DNA of 64,000 bases from Eukaryota sp. GEM-RC1 (taxonomy: Eukaryota). The stretch covers positions 1,984,001-2,048,000 of the forward strand of contig JAUFOQ010000013.1 of the NCBI GenBank assembly GCA_040285855.1, read 5' to 3'. The position numbers were made by a program, and so were the translations under genes. Shown here in pieces: positions 1 to 12,392 of this stretch; the first letter of the stretch is position 1, and each line of letters opens with the position of its first letter. Under the pieces are notes generated by a model. It saw only the letters and a program-made list of their open reading frames with translations. It ran no database searches and was not told the DNA's origin.

Positions 1-1187
1 TAAGAAAAGTATTTCATCTCTACCGTCTGCTTTATGTAAGCTGCAAAATAAATTAACAAGGAGTTTGAACTCTTGGACTTTAATAATCGCATTGGCTAAA
101 ACTAATAGTCCCGAGTTCGCTGCTTTTTTAATTGACGTTTGTAATCGTGGACCTTCTGGATTTATTTCTCAAATTCCAAAGGTGTTTGGATTACATCTAT
201 CTGATGAATCTTGGATGATCAATATGCGTTTTCGTTTGGCTATTTGGTCGGCAAATTTATTAAACTATTCAACTTGCTTTTGTGGAGCTAATGGTGTTTT
301 CGTCATTTAATAAATTGTCTAAAAGGTTTTATGTTATAAATTAACGAAATACAAACAACTAGTACTTATAAGATATTAAATGATCCACATCTACTCTTGA
401 ACTACCACGATACAATTTGTCCAGAATACGATTCAAATACTTTGGGAAACTTCTATATAAGGAAGTAACAATGTGATTGCGCCAAAGAGACTGATTAACA
501 ATTAAATAATTGTCGTTTTTTATTCATCTACGTGCAGTAATTCATGATGGAGGACGTGATTCTTGTTATTCCATGTTTAAAGGACATGGTTTTCACTCCA
601 AAGTTGAACCAGTTTTGAATCATCTTTCAAATAATGAATTTACTGATCAAAAAAGAGGGGATCTCCATACTCCGTGGCTTAAATCGAGTTAATCATCAAT
701 GGATTTTACTACAGCAGATGTATGTAACAAATCATGTGTTAGTAGGCTATTAGATTCTTCCTTTAATCCATTAACAGCTGCTGAAAAGCTCAAACACTCC
801 AAGTATGACTCTCAAGTAGAAGAATTAAATAGAAACTCATATTCAAAATTTGTGTTTCAACCCTTTGCTGTTTCTCTTTTTGAATCTATTAGTCCTGCTG
901 GTGATCAATTTTTCAAGGATTTCGAAGAATTGTGTAAAGAAAAGAAGCGTAAGCTTAGAATAGCTGAATGGAAAATCCGTATTGTGTTTTCCATATATCG
1001 GAATATGCCTTTTTATTTCTCTAGATTAATTGAGAAATTGTACAAGTTTGGTGTGAAGGCTAATGTTGATAAACGTAATCTTTTACCGGGTGGTGATGAA
1101 GTCGTTTGGATTTAATCTTAGTATTATTTGTTTGTTTTTACAATTTCATAGTTTTGAAGGAAAGTTACCTTATTGGGTGCCGAATAC
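1..1187 (+). mobile_element. 3' part of a CRE/SLACS-like non-LTR retrotransposon (CCHC finger + restriction-like endonuclease), degenerate
   Basis: Peptides MRFRL, CFC..HLINC, RAVIHD, KRGDL, DFTT.D, AEKLKHSKY, FQPFAVSLF fit the C-terminal zinc finger/PD-(D/E)xK region of REL-type non-LTR elements; near-identical copies at 20647-21830(-) and 28405-29540(+). Confidence 0.8.
320..507 (-). mobile_element. 5'-truncated retrocopy of a sibling non-LTR element inserted antisense, with 7-bp TSD
   Basis: AATTGTC at 313-319 and 508-514; the minus strand reads VNQSLWRNHIVTSLYRSFPKYLNRILDKLY, homologous to the end of ORF 1855-2379; removing the insert rejoins the HLINC..RAVIHD motif. Confidence 0.75.
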
Positions 1188-1254
1188 AGTTTTCTTTTTT
1201 CTAATTTTGACAAAAAAACTAAATCAGGGGGTGAATATATAAATCTATTTTGTA

Positions 1255-2400
1255 TTGTTTTCTCAATCAATTGATTTAGAAATCAAACTACCTAAATGTT
1301 TTCTTATTGGTAAGCGGTTTGCGGAACTTATGTATGGTGAGCAATCAATCCAGTTTGTGGACTACAACACTGATGCAGTCCGTTTTTTGGGTTCCTATTT
1401 TGGCAATCCTTTGCAGATTGAGAGCGCGCTCAACAATTATCTTCAGAAAATCAAAGTTCAATTGCAGACTATACTAGATCTCAAGATCGATAACCACTTG
1501 TCTTTTTCAGTGCTTCCGGTCTGTTTTGGATCGAAAATCAATCATCTTCTTAGATCTTTACCACCTGAGCTTTCTCTTGGTTTTGCTCGTGAGTTCAACT
1601 CTTTGAGAACTCAATTTTTAGGGAATTTGGTTGAAGTCAATAGTTCCAAAATTCCTTATCATGCCTTTTCAGTCCAAAATTTGGTGGTGTTGGTTTTTCA
1701 AGAGCGGAGTATTTATGTAAAAGTGCTTTCGTTGGTGGTAAGATGAACTTTCTTTTTGAGAGTAAGCTTCGGTTCGAAAATATTTCCGATTCGGTCGTAG
1801 AAGGTTCTTATGCTTTATTGAACTCTTTGGAGGAGTTAGTTCAAGGTTTACCTAATGAAGTTTGGTTGTAAAAGTGAACCTCTTCTGAAAAATTATAGTG
1901 ACAATAACGTGTTTGATTCTCGGCGTGGTGACTTAATTGCTCCTTTTCTGGATTCATCTCAAGTTGTGGTTGATTTTACTACAGTAGACATGTTTGCAAA
2001 AGTTTACCAAGACTCCATATTGAATGATTCGAATGGTCATCTGGAAAAGGCTGAACTGCTAAAGTGTTCAAATTATGCCGATGCTTTGCAAAAGCTTAAT
2101 GGAAATCTATATTCTAAGTTTTCATTTGTTCCATTTGCAATTTCAAATGTTGGTAATATTGGTCCACCCGGTTTAAAGTTTTTCAGTGACTTTAGTCTTT
2201 TAAGTCGTTCTAATGGCAAGGTGTTTAATAGCGCTGTATGGATTAATCGAATTATGTTCGCTCTTTATAGAAGCATTCCCAAATATTTATGTTCCATTTA
2301 TTCGAAGTTGTATAGGGACAATTCTCGTGTTGGTGTGGAGAATTTAACTTCTTTCATTTTCTGTATTAGTATTTATTAATTTATTGTTGAAAATAAACTC
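1255..2400 (+). mobile_element. CRE-like non-LTR fragment (RT thumb region plus REL endonuclease), internally deleted
   Basis: VRFLGSYFG, KINHLLRSLPP (RT C-terminal part), then RRGDLIAP, VDFTTVD, FVPFAISNVGNIG. Confidence 0.75.
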
Positions 2401-2407
2401 TTACATA

Positions 2408-3450
2408 CAGTCAACACTGTTTATAGCGGGACTATATGTACCTACGCTATATAGAGTTTCACGCTATATAGAATAAACGCACTGTGCAGCTCCAATCTCA
2501 ACAATGAGTGTTTATTTCAAGCAGATCTAGAAAGAGCAAAGTGTGCACCATTCAAACATCCATATCGTGGGCATAACTACATGGGATGAAGAAGGACGTA
2601 TAGACAAGACTAGAATCTGGGTGGTAAATATTTTGAACAGAATTCAAGAAATCTTCCAGATATGGAAGTTCCGGTGGAGTAACTTCATTCTGACCCTATT
2701 TGGACATGAAAGAGTGAAGAAGAGACATGATTCATCTTCCAAGCATCTCCCTAGGTACGTTGTATCACCCTCCTCTCTGAGTAGTTAGAGTGATACATCT
2801 CCAGATACTACGAGAACGGATCTACATCTTCCATCGCCCCTTCTATTTCCCTATCAATTTGGGTTTGTTCTCTGGATTCATGGTAGTTCTGTATAGTTTC
2901 TTGTTGGTTCTCCCCATAAACACGATTCAATAAGGTTGTTTATCATAAATATATCTTCCGTCTACGTCTACGTTATAGCGTTGGTGAAGACCATGTGTTA
3001 TGCTCTTTTAGGGAACTCTTTTGGAGAGTATAGAGGGTTGCTAGATAAAAAAGTTCTTGTGGTACGTCAATCAACATCCTACAGGGTTTTGATGGAGGAG
3101 TTACATTTGTTAGAAGCTGTAACACCAAAGATAATCTGAAATGAGCAAGATGTGAAAGGGATGATGTTGACGAGGCAGCTAAGACGGGGATGTCAGGGGT
3201 ATCAAAGGAAATATGCCCGGTATATGAGAAGTCAAGAAAGAAGGTAATACACCTTCAAGTTGCTGATCAAAAGATGTTATCAGAATGAACGCCAGCAATA
3301 CGACAATTTATTACCAAAGAGAACTACTGATAGAGGCGACAGACATGATGTCATATGGGGAAAGGAGAGGAAAATGTCGGACCATGAAAAGTGCACGCTA
3401 TATAGAGTTTTACGCTATATAGAGTTTCACGCTATAGACAGTTTTGACTG
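2408..3450. mobile_element. pogo/Tc1-mariner-like non-autonomous element (MITE)
   Basis: TIR CAGTCAA(C/A)ACTGT(T/C)TATAGCG at both ends, flanking TA dinucleotides (2406-07, 3451-52), subterminal ACGCTATATAGA repeats. Confidence 0.85.
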
Positions 3451-3509
3451 TATATCTTTTTTTAAAATCTATTTTTTATTGTTTTCTTAATAATTTTCTT
3501 TTATTATAA

Positions 3510-4500
3510 ATGTAATAGATCAAACAACTAAAATTTGATATCATTAAAACAACACCCGTTGCTATCAAACCTCACAACAGCTTTGTTCTCATAGAAGGAG
3601 CTCACTGCTAATAAAGCTTTGGAGATGATTAGGGGAATTGTTTAAAAACAGTAAAAACGATCCGATTCAACCATAATACTAGTATATGATCAAAACGTTT
3701 GTTCATCCTATTTTTAACGATTTTCCGAAATCGTTTAAAAAATTCAATGCACTTTTTCCTAAACGTCCATAAATTGGAAACAGCAAAGGGCATAATTCAT
3801 ATTCAACATGTTTTACATGTTTTAAAGCCATCAATGGTTTCTTGTACTTATCCTGTTTGGCTTGTTCAGAAATGTCTAAAGGGGAAGTTTCAGAGTAGGC
3901 ATTCTTTAAAGATGTCTTTTACAAACATCCACTGACACTACATCAACTACAAACAATTTGTCTGCAAAAGAAGGGACAACAACATCTGCTCCCCGTTTAC
4001 CAAAAAATTGGTTCTGTTTCTCAACATTACAATTGTTACTTGGTTCTAAAAATCTTAGAAGTGGTTCAACAAATGACTGAATTTTGTAGGACTTACACAT
4101 AGGATGTGTTTGGTCACTTACCCCATCATGCATACTCGTTCGATAAGTTATGTAGTGATTACAACTGAACAAATTAGAAAACGTTAATTGTTTTCCACAG
4201 CTACATTGATGATCATTTGGTAAATTATGTGGTCATAAATCACAACGAAGTCTCATTGTAGTGGTCCATTGATGATCGTTTAATAATAACCCATATACTT
4301 GTGGAATTTGATTAATTAATGCCTCAACAGAACTCTCCTTTAAATCAATTAAACAATTAGCGAGAGCTGGATTTTTTTCCTTAGCCGAGCTAAGACGGAC
4401 TGTAAAATCTAAACTTTCAAAATATTTTAATAAATGATTTTGTCGCTTTTTTAAGGCAAACTTTAAAGACAAAAAGTTTCGTCATGGAATTTCTATGATA
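3510..4500 (-). mobile_element. CRE-like non-LTR fragment, degenerate
   Basis: ORFs 4233-4472 (IPQVYGLLL..MRLR) and 3906-4172 (RTSMHD, RGADVVVP, VDVVSVD) match the same family. Confidence 0.7.
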
Positions 4501-5049
4501 TCAACAGGAAATTATATTTGAATACTTGGGATTACATTTATAAAGAGCACACACAATTCCATTAATCTATACAGAACCATCAACAATCTTTCCATTAAAA
4601 CGACACTAAGTTGTATAAGAAGTGGTACTGGTGATGTGACCAGGACAAGTAGCAATCACGTCATCATTGAAGTGAATCACAAGTAGGAATCACGTCATGG
4701 AACCTAGTATCAATATAGCTGCTACTTGTGAATCTTGAAAAATATTTGGAATCACAGGAATTTTCTGTGTCCAGTGCAGTGTTTGAAGACACACGTGGAC
4801 ACAGATGTCTTTTCAAAAACACGCAAAATAACACGCAAAAAGGAAACGGCGTGTGTACGTGTTTTTCTGCAAAAACCTAGAAAACCTCGAAATTACCCTT
4901 TTATTTCCCTCGGTAGTGTGTGACTTGAATGTATTTCTCAATGTTGTACCACAATAGACTACAATGCCAACAAAAAGTGGCGAAAATACTCTGCGTTATT
5001 CTCTTAATTTACAATAGGTGATGAATTTTTTTTAAGAATTATTTATTCT

Positions 5050-6250
5050 AAATGTAAGAGACAAAAACACTACAGTGTATATACATCAAATAATCAGTAT
5101 CCTCAAACTCCAGATTACCTATCTGGAAATTCTCACCAACCTTATCCTCATAATGTCTGCCAAGAGATAATAAAGCGCTAGATACGGAAGTCACCATACC
5201 TTTAAAGATAGCAAACACGGTTCTATTTTTTCAAAATCCAAGTTCAAAAGTCCTAGATGTTGTTTCTTTTACAATCTTCACAAAGATTTCAAGTAATGAT
5301 GTGGCCGATTCAGCTAAAGAACCGTACAGTGAAAATACAAAAGGGTACAACAAGTAATTTGAGTGTGAAGCCGAATTCAAAAATTTCAATTTAGCACAAT
5401 ATTTTTCCAATTTAAATTTTTCACCAATCAACAGAGGGTTTTTAGTACAATACTTTTCCATTTCAAATTTTTCACCAATGAACAAGGGGTTTTTAGCATT
5501 AGATGTAGCAAGTTTCTTGTTGGAATCATTACAAACATCGATAGACATAATATCAGCAATAATGAATGATCCATCGAGACCAGGAAATATGACATCACCA
5601 CGGCTATTTCCAAACGATTTGTCAACATCTGTATCATCAATCAAACCAGCCAAAACTGGTTCTAAAATAGAAACTATTCCATAAGATTTACACATGCAAT
5701 ATAATTGATCCCTTACTGAATCATGAACCTTACTTCGAAAAGAAATAAAACGGTTACAGCTCAATAAATGTGTAGGTGTTACAGATTGCCCACATTGGCA
5801 TTTCAAATTGTGTGGAAGGTTATCAGGCCAAATATATGACCGTCAACGCATGTTTAATGACCAAGAGTTATCATCAAGAAGCAGACCGCAAACTTGAGGG
5901 ATTTGAGTAATCAGACATGAAGCAGAGCTATTAGAAACATCCGTTAAGAAATTTGCAAAAGCGTGATTGTTTTCCTTAGCCATCATAAGTCTAACATTAT
6001 AATTCAAGCTTTCAAAGGTATTTGTTAGTATCTGTTGCATTTTCTACAGACATAACTGAAGAGTAGTCAAACAACCCTCAGGTATTTCAGACACAGATTC
6101 TGGGAAACAATAGACCAAACGTCAAAAGGTAATTTGATCAACGTTTTGGTTAAGTCAATAATAGACATATCATCCATATAGCCAACTGTTTTAAGGTCTG
6201 AATATTTTTTTAAAATACACAAAAGCGAACCATGGATAGCTAAAATTTGA
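5050..6250 (-). mobile_element. CRE-like non-LTR 3' fragment
   Basis: CQCG..HLLSC, RSKVHD, RGDVIFP, ADIMSID, YPFVFSLYG; close paralog at 30290-31115. Confidence 0.75.
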
Positions 6251-6260
6251 TGAATAAAAA

Positions 6261-6540
6261 TTGAATGATCAATTTTTCAAGGATTTTGAAGAACTGTGTA
6301 AAGACAAGAAGCGTAAGTTTAGAATGGCTGAATGGAATAACCGTATTGTGTTGTCCATATATCGGAATAAAGCTTTCTATTTCTCTCGATTAGTTGAGAT
6401 TGTACAAGTTTTTGTGAAGGTTAATGTGAACATCGGAATCTTTTACCTGAAGTCGTTTGGATTTAGTCTTAGTATTATTTGTTTGGTCTTACAACTTCAT
6501 AGTTTTGTAGGAAGGCTACCTTATTGGGTCCCGGATTAAG
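6261..6540 (+). mobile_element. short 3'-terminal fragment of the CRE-like family
   Basis: Nucleotide match to 902-1185, including the 3' motif GGAAGG.TACCTTATTGGGT. Confidence 0.75.
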
Positions 6541-6680
6541 AATGTATATTCGTTGCACAAAAGACTTCAAATCAATTCAATTCCAAATTGGAAGTTCCAA
6601 TTCGTTTCTCTATGAGCCTTTTCACAACTCTTTTCACAACTCTCTTGGACACTGTTTCGTGATTCTCTCTCCTTGCTTCT

Positions 6681-9600
6681 ATGATTCGATGTGCGTCATT
6701 CAGAAATAACAGTCAACGTCCCACTTCAACCCCCACTTCTCTCTTCCAAACTCTGAATGACTGTCTATACTCTCTCCAGTCCTGCTCTCCATCCTCTATA
6801 GAGTTTGATGCCACTCTTTCTGCACTGGTCAATGGTCTTGCTGAATATCGAACAGAGCTATGTTCTCATACACGTGGGAGCTACTTCCAAAGTGTTTCTG
6901 AGACATTGATGACGTCATCAGCTGAATCTGTGTTTCCTCTTTACAAGCCTTCTATCCCAAAATCAGAGCCCTCATCTCCCTTAAGAACTTCAACTCTGTC
7001 CTCTCTTACTGTGTGCGATGACCCTCCAGATTCCTGCCCTCCTTCTCACCAACATCTCTCTTCATTCTTTGAAGACATTGCTGACCATTTGACTAATCCC
7101 CAACTACTCCCATCTGATCTTTCTCTTGCTGAATCCTCTCTCGGATCTTATCTGCTCACCCCTTCCTCCACCATCATTCCTCTAATGCTCACCGACCTCT
7201 TGTTCTATCTTTTCTTCCTTCCTTTCTTCTTCTCTTCCTCGAGGTAAAGCTGCACTTGTATTCCGATCTTATCGCTATCTCTTTCGTACAACTCAACTTG
7301 TTAGTAGAGTCTTTGAAATTGATGACAGTCTGGGGTTTTCATTTGCACTTGCTTTCTACTTGGAAAATGAGCTTTCTTTGATTGATTCCCTTGAATCAAT
7401 CAGATTGATTAGATTATTGATTGACAAAAGATGGACTGCACATCTATCAAATCAGATATTAAGAGCTCTTTTAGCAGTTGCTGAGTCATCATGTTCACTT
7501 CATTTGCCGGCAATCGAGTGTTTGAGAGACTTTTATTCATTAGAACCAATGAAAGGCATTGAGTTGAGTATAGATTTGTTCCTGGTTAATATCATTGTCC
7601 TTCCGTCTTTTAGACCGTTATCGTCATCAATCATTGGAAGTTTACTGTATACGTGTCAGTCAACGGAATTCAACGGACTAGTAGTTGCAAGAAAAGGAAT
7701 TTTTCCCTCTTTATTAGCTATACTGTATAGAAGCGGGAAAACCACTTCAATGCTTCAAAAAGAGCGGCAAAATGTTTGGTTTCTCTTTGAAAAGCTTTTG
7801 TTTTCTTGGGGAGGGTTATGTACCTTGCTTCAAGACAACATTTTTAAAATATTTTGTCAGTTTTTAGAGTCTGGTGCAATCGACACACAAATTAAATTGG
7901 AATGTATTGATTTTTTTAAAAATCTATTAAAATTGGACCTAATTTCTTCTTTAGATGGCTCCTTCAACATTTTTAAATGTTTATCTTATAATTTACTTTA
8001 CTTTTTAGTTGAAGGTGGTTTAATTAAGTCTCTACAAGTTGCTTCCACCACAATTCCTGAGATTTCTATGAACTGTAGAAACTTTCTGCATCAAGTTCAA
8101 CAATGTTTTTCTTCGAGTTTCTTTCTATCTGGAAACAAACTTTTAAATTATAATAATTTGGAATTGTATGATTATTTCTATTGTCGACCGGTTTGTGTGT
8201 CTAGTTTCACGTCATCTGATGAGTTGGCTTCCAATAATTCAGTCAAAATGGACTTTATCAAAACTTTTGTTGACGGTCAATCCGTCAGCTCTATTGATGA
8301 AATCGAAGATTTAGTTAAACAATCAAATGTCTTGATTGCACCCAAATCGGCAAGTCAATGGGGCTGGAATGCCATCAATGATTTACTGACTCATCATAAA
8401 TTAACAAAAAGTGATCCCCTTTATTTAATTTCTCCAAATGTTTTAAAATTTGTTGATATTTTAACTACTTTTTATACTCCCTTAGTTGGATCCTTCTACA
8501 AATTATCTTTTCCACGACCAATACGATTTATTTAGAACCTGCTGTTGGATTATTTGAATTATTATCGTCTAATTTCTCTTATTTTTTCGAGTTTTTGAAG
8601 TTTTTTGTAACCAACATGATTAGTTTTTTAGACAAAAGTATGAACTCCGAAATCTCCTGAATTTTTTTTTAATTATCGAAGGCAATTCTATGATTTGTGA
8701 AATATTTTCATTTCTTGAGGTAATTACTTCTTTCAAAGATCCTTTACTTCTGCTTTACCAATTGAATTTTTTTAAGAAATTTGAAAGGCTTTTCACCCTT
8801 CAAAAAGCTGATAATTTTTCATTAATTGATGTTATTTTAACTTCTTTATCTTTCAATTTTATTCTTGACAATGACTGTGAGTTTTTGTTAAAATTTGTCA
8901 AAAAACTCTTAAATTCTAAATATCTGCTATCCATCACTAAAAAAACTTTTCTGGTCAATCACTTAACTACTGTTTTTTCAGATTTTGCCAAGTCTTCGTC
9001 TGTGTTTTGTTTTAGTCTATGTAGGACGTTTTTAGAAAGTTTAATTCAAATAGTCTTTTCTTTAACTCAATTCTGGAATTGTAATCAAGACAAGATCGAT
9101 ATCTTAAAATCAAACCAGGAAAAAACTTTACTCGAGGGGGTTGTTGAACTTCTAATCACAATTTTTAAATTTGAATTCTCTGGAACTTTAGACTTTGCTG
9201 TGTCAATTTTTAATTCTTTGGTATCTGCTTCTTCTCAGGAACCCAATCAATCTGATTTGATTGACTCAATGCTTGATTGTCAGTTGCTCTTCCCAGTTTT
9301 TTATTATTTTTCTTCAATCAATGAAGGCTTTCAATTATTATTAGAGTTGAAATTTATTGACAAAATGTTAAATCAATGGAGTTCAGAAAAATCTTTACTT
9401 TATTTAAATTCTGTTGAGTACTATACTAATTTTGTTTTAAATAGAGAATTATTCGAAGAAAACCTTTTAGATGTTGACATTGACTTAAATGATTTTTTAA
9501 CAACCGAAATGATTTCGAAAGATTTGGACGTCCACTTTTTAAGAATGTGTTTTCAAAGTGAAGCAGGTGCAGAATATTTGAAAAAATCAAATTTAATTAA

Positions 9601-10205
9601 TTCTCTCGCTCAACAGTACAAGCTCAATAATCCGTCAGCGGAATCTAAAAGGTCTATCATTTGGACCCTGAGCCATATTGCTGCACACGTGACGACTTTT
9701 GATTTAGTGAAACCAGTAATATTTGAAATTTTCACTTCTTTGAACCACACTTCTCTATTAGGAACTTTCCTCCTATGTTCTTCGTTGTACTGCTGTCATT
9801 CACCAGGACGACTGTTTATTGAAAAAGAACTTCATTTACACGTTGTTGGGGACAAATTTGGAAATTGTATCGTTTTAGGAACGTCAACTTACTTAACAAA
9901 CTCTCAAAATTTAAATTATTCTGAAGAGACCCTGAATTTTCCATGTACATTAGGTGATCTCGATGACGAATCTTTTAAATTTTTTGAAATTTTCCAAGCA
10001 TTTATTAAAACGCCTTTCAAGCGCTATCAAAATGTCAGTCTTGCCTGTTTGTTTCCAAATTCATAATATTTCTATTGATGATCTGGGGTCTAATGAAATG
10101 CGAAATGTCGCTTTCCATGTGCTAGCCACTTGTAAAGTACCGTTGTCTAAAAGAAAGGAAATTTATCAAACTTGTCGGTTAAATCCAAAGACATTCAAGT
10201 CCTAG
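6681..10205 (+). CDS. RICTOR/Avo3/PiaA-like TORC2 subunit (frameshifted across ORFs 6681-7247, 7360-8535, 8690-10066, 9954-10205)
   Basis: Armadillo-like helical protein of about 1150 aa; an alternate frame gives AALVFRSYRYL..ESIRLIRLL, plus QWGWNAINDLL, FYTP..FY and KRSIIWTLSHI, which resemble RICTOR N, M and V domains. Start codon uncertain. Confidence 0.6.
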
Positions 10206-10362
10206 AACTCAAAAATTAAATTTTTAAAACTGATTTGTTTTTTAAGTGTTTTCTATCTCGACAGATTTTTTGGTATTTAAGTCAAAATTATCAAATATTT
10301 CGATTCTTGTATCACGTTTTTGTTTTTTTTATTTGTGTTGAGGTTTATTTCAAACACAAGAG

Positions 10363-11462
10363 TAGAGTTGCCGTCGACTCGACTCACAAAACCATGAGTA
10401 CGCTCGCACTCGAGTCGAGTCGAACGTACTCAGTCTCCAGACTCAATGTCAATTTGTTTAGCTCATCGTTCGTCAACAATTTACTGATCAGTTACATATA
10501 GAATGTTCGTTAAACAAACACCAAGTGGTGTGACTTTACTCTTGAACATAAAGATGGATTTACAACCTATATGGTACGAACTTTTCTGACGTTTGAAGTC
10601 GATTATGTCTACAAAGAAGTGTATAACGAAAGTAGAAATTACCTGATTTTCTTCTGAAGGAACATAGATGAACACCAAACTTTTATTGTGGAGAGGTTAA
10701 AATGAAATTGAAAATAACTCTTCTGGTTACTACAGTACTTATAGATCATAAAGGTAACTCAAAGCCATTAGCAGCCCAAAACCTAACACTCAAGAGCGCT
10801 AGTACAATTTTGGGGTGGAGATGTAATCATTAGAAGGTGGAAAAGTTGGTAATGTAATGTATAATGTTACTTCTACATTAGTTGTATTTTATTCCTTATT
10901 TTGTGTTTTCTTGTTGTGTGTTTTTTTCGGCATATAAAGCCGTTTCAACTTCCACCATAACTCTCTTCAACAAGGTTTTTGCATAGTGAATAGGTTACTA
11001 GTATACGATGCCTTATGATCTTCACTCTATGATAGGAGTAGAAGCAGACAGTTTCAATGTACACGGGTCTTCTTGGCACTGTTCGCTGTAGCACTTCGGT
11101 GCTGTTATACCTCTTCGTTCATACTTTAGTAAAGTCCTCATCTACAGCTTGTCTTAAGATACCTTTGGATGCTAAGGTAGCTTCTTGTATGGGAGTCATT
11201 ATAGTGTGAAACCGTCATGAATTTTTGATTTCATCTTGAGCATGTGTGAATTATTGATTTGGGAAATGAGTATATTTGACATTTATCCTAAAAACAAATA
11301 AAAACAAAAATTGGGACATCGCCTTGAGTGCAGACTCAGCGTACTCGACTCGACTCGGAAAATCTTGAGTACGCTCGGACTCGACTCACAGAATTGTGAG
11401 TTCGCTTTGACTCGAGTCGAGTGCGAGTCGAGTATGCTGAGTCGAGTCGATCGGCAACTCTA
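10363..11462. mobile_element. hAT-family non-autonomous element, 1100 bp
   Basis: TIR TAGAGTTGCCG(A)TCGACTCGACTCA; 8-bp TSD CACAAGAG at 10355-10362 and 11463-11470; subterminal ACTCG repeats. Confidence 0.9.
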
Positions 11463-12022
11463 CACAAGAGTGTATTTTTTAGTGCTTTTGAAGGAAGCAA
11501 TTCTTCTTAATTTATAGTTTTGTTTGATCCAACTGTGTTAGATCAAATTTGATTGATCATTTATTGATTGACATACTGTCAATTAATGAGAACTATCTTT
11601 TAAATTTCCAAACCAAAAGGGTGTTTATTCCAACATCTTTCAACTTTGGAAATGAAATGCATCGTTAAATAGACTTTTTACTCCGCAGTATGAATTACTC
11701 ATTGTTTTTCTAACCAATTGGACTAAATCCAGTTTTTCAAATAGTTCTATTTCAATCAGAATAAAACTGTGTATAGATGACAGGGACAAAAATACATATC
11801 AAAATAAAAGCCATGAAACACTATGATAGTTACAGTAGTAGTCGAGGTCCTAATACAAGCATAGTAGAAGATATGTTTGCATTGTTTCACAAAATAAACT
11901 CCCAGATTTCCTTTAAAACATACTGATCTCTATATATAAAACCGCAGAGAGTCATAATGGAATCATTTATAGATTTCATTTACTAGTTGCAAAAGCCCTT
12001 AGCTTGTCTAATTTCAGCTGAG

Positions 12023-12078
12023 TCACTCCAGTGTCAACACGTGTCAACACGTGTTGACACGTGTTGACACTGGAGTGA
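12023..12078. repeat. perfect 56-bp palindrome
   Basis: TCACTCCAGTGTCAACACGTGTCAACAC followed directly by its exact reverse complement. Confidence 0.95.
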
Positions 12079-12392
12079 TAACTGAACTATGCTGAGAAAC
12101 ACTAAGACACTAGACACTAGTAAGTAAATAAGAGAGATATACACATTTTTACTTACAAAATGACACCAATGTAAATAGGAAAACACAAACCATTGAAGTA
12201 CTGTCATTCCCTTCTGTTCGAAGAGAAATGACAGTACAGATTGGACAAATGTAGCAGCAATAATAGACACAAAGAAGAAACATTGAAGAGATAAAGATGT
12301 GAGAAAAGAGGATATGAGAATTCTGACAACACACATATAAATGAAGTGTAACAGACGAAATTCACTTTTCTACCGGCATTAATTCTTCTCAC

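Noticed and set aside
4600..4920. CACTA/EnSpm-type element
   Set aside because: Only the CACTA pentamers match; no extended TIR or 3-bp TSD.
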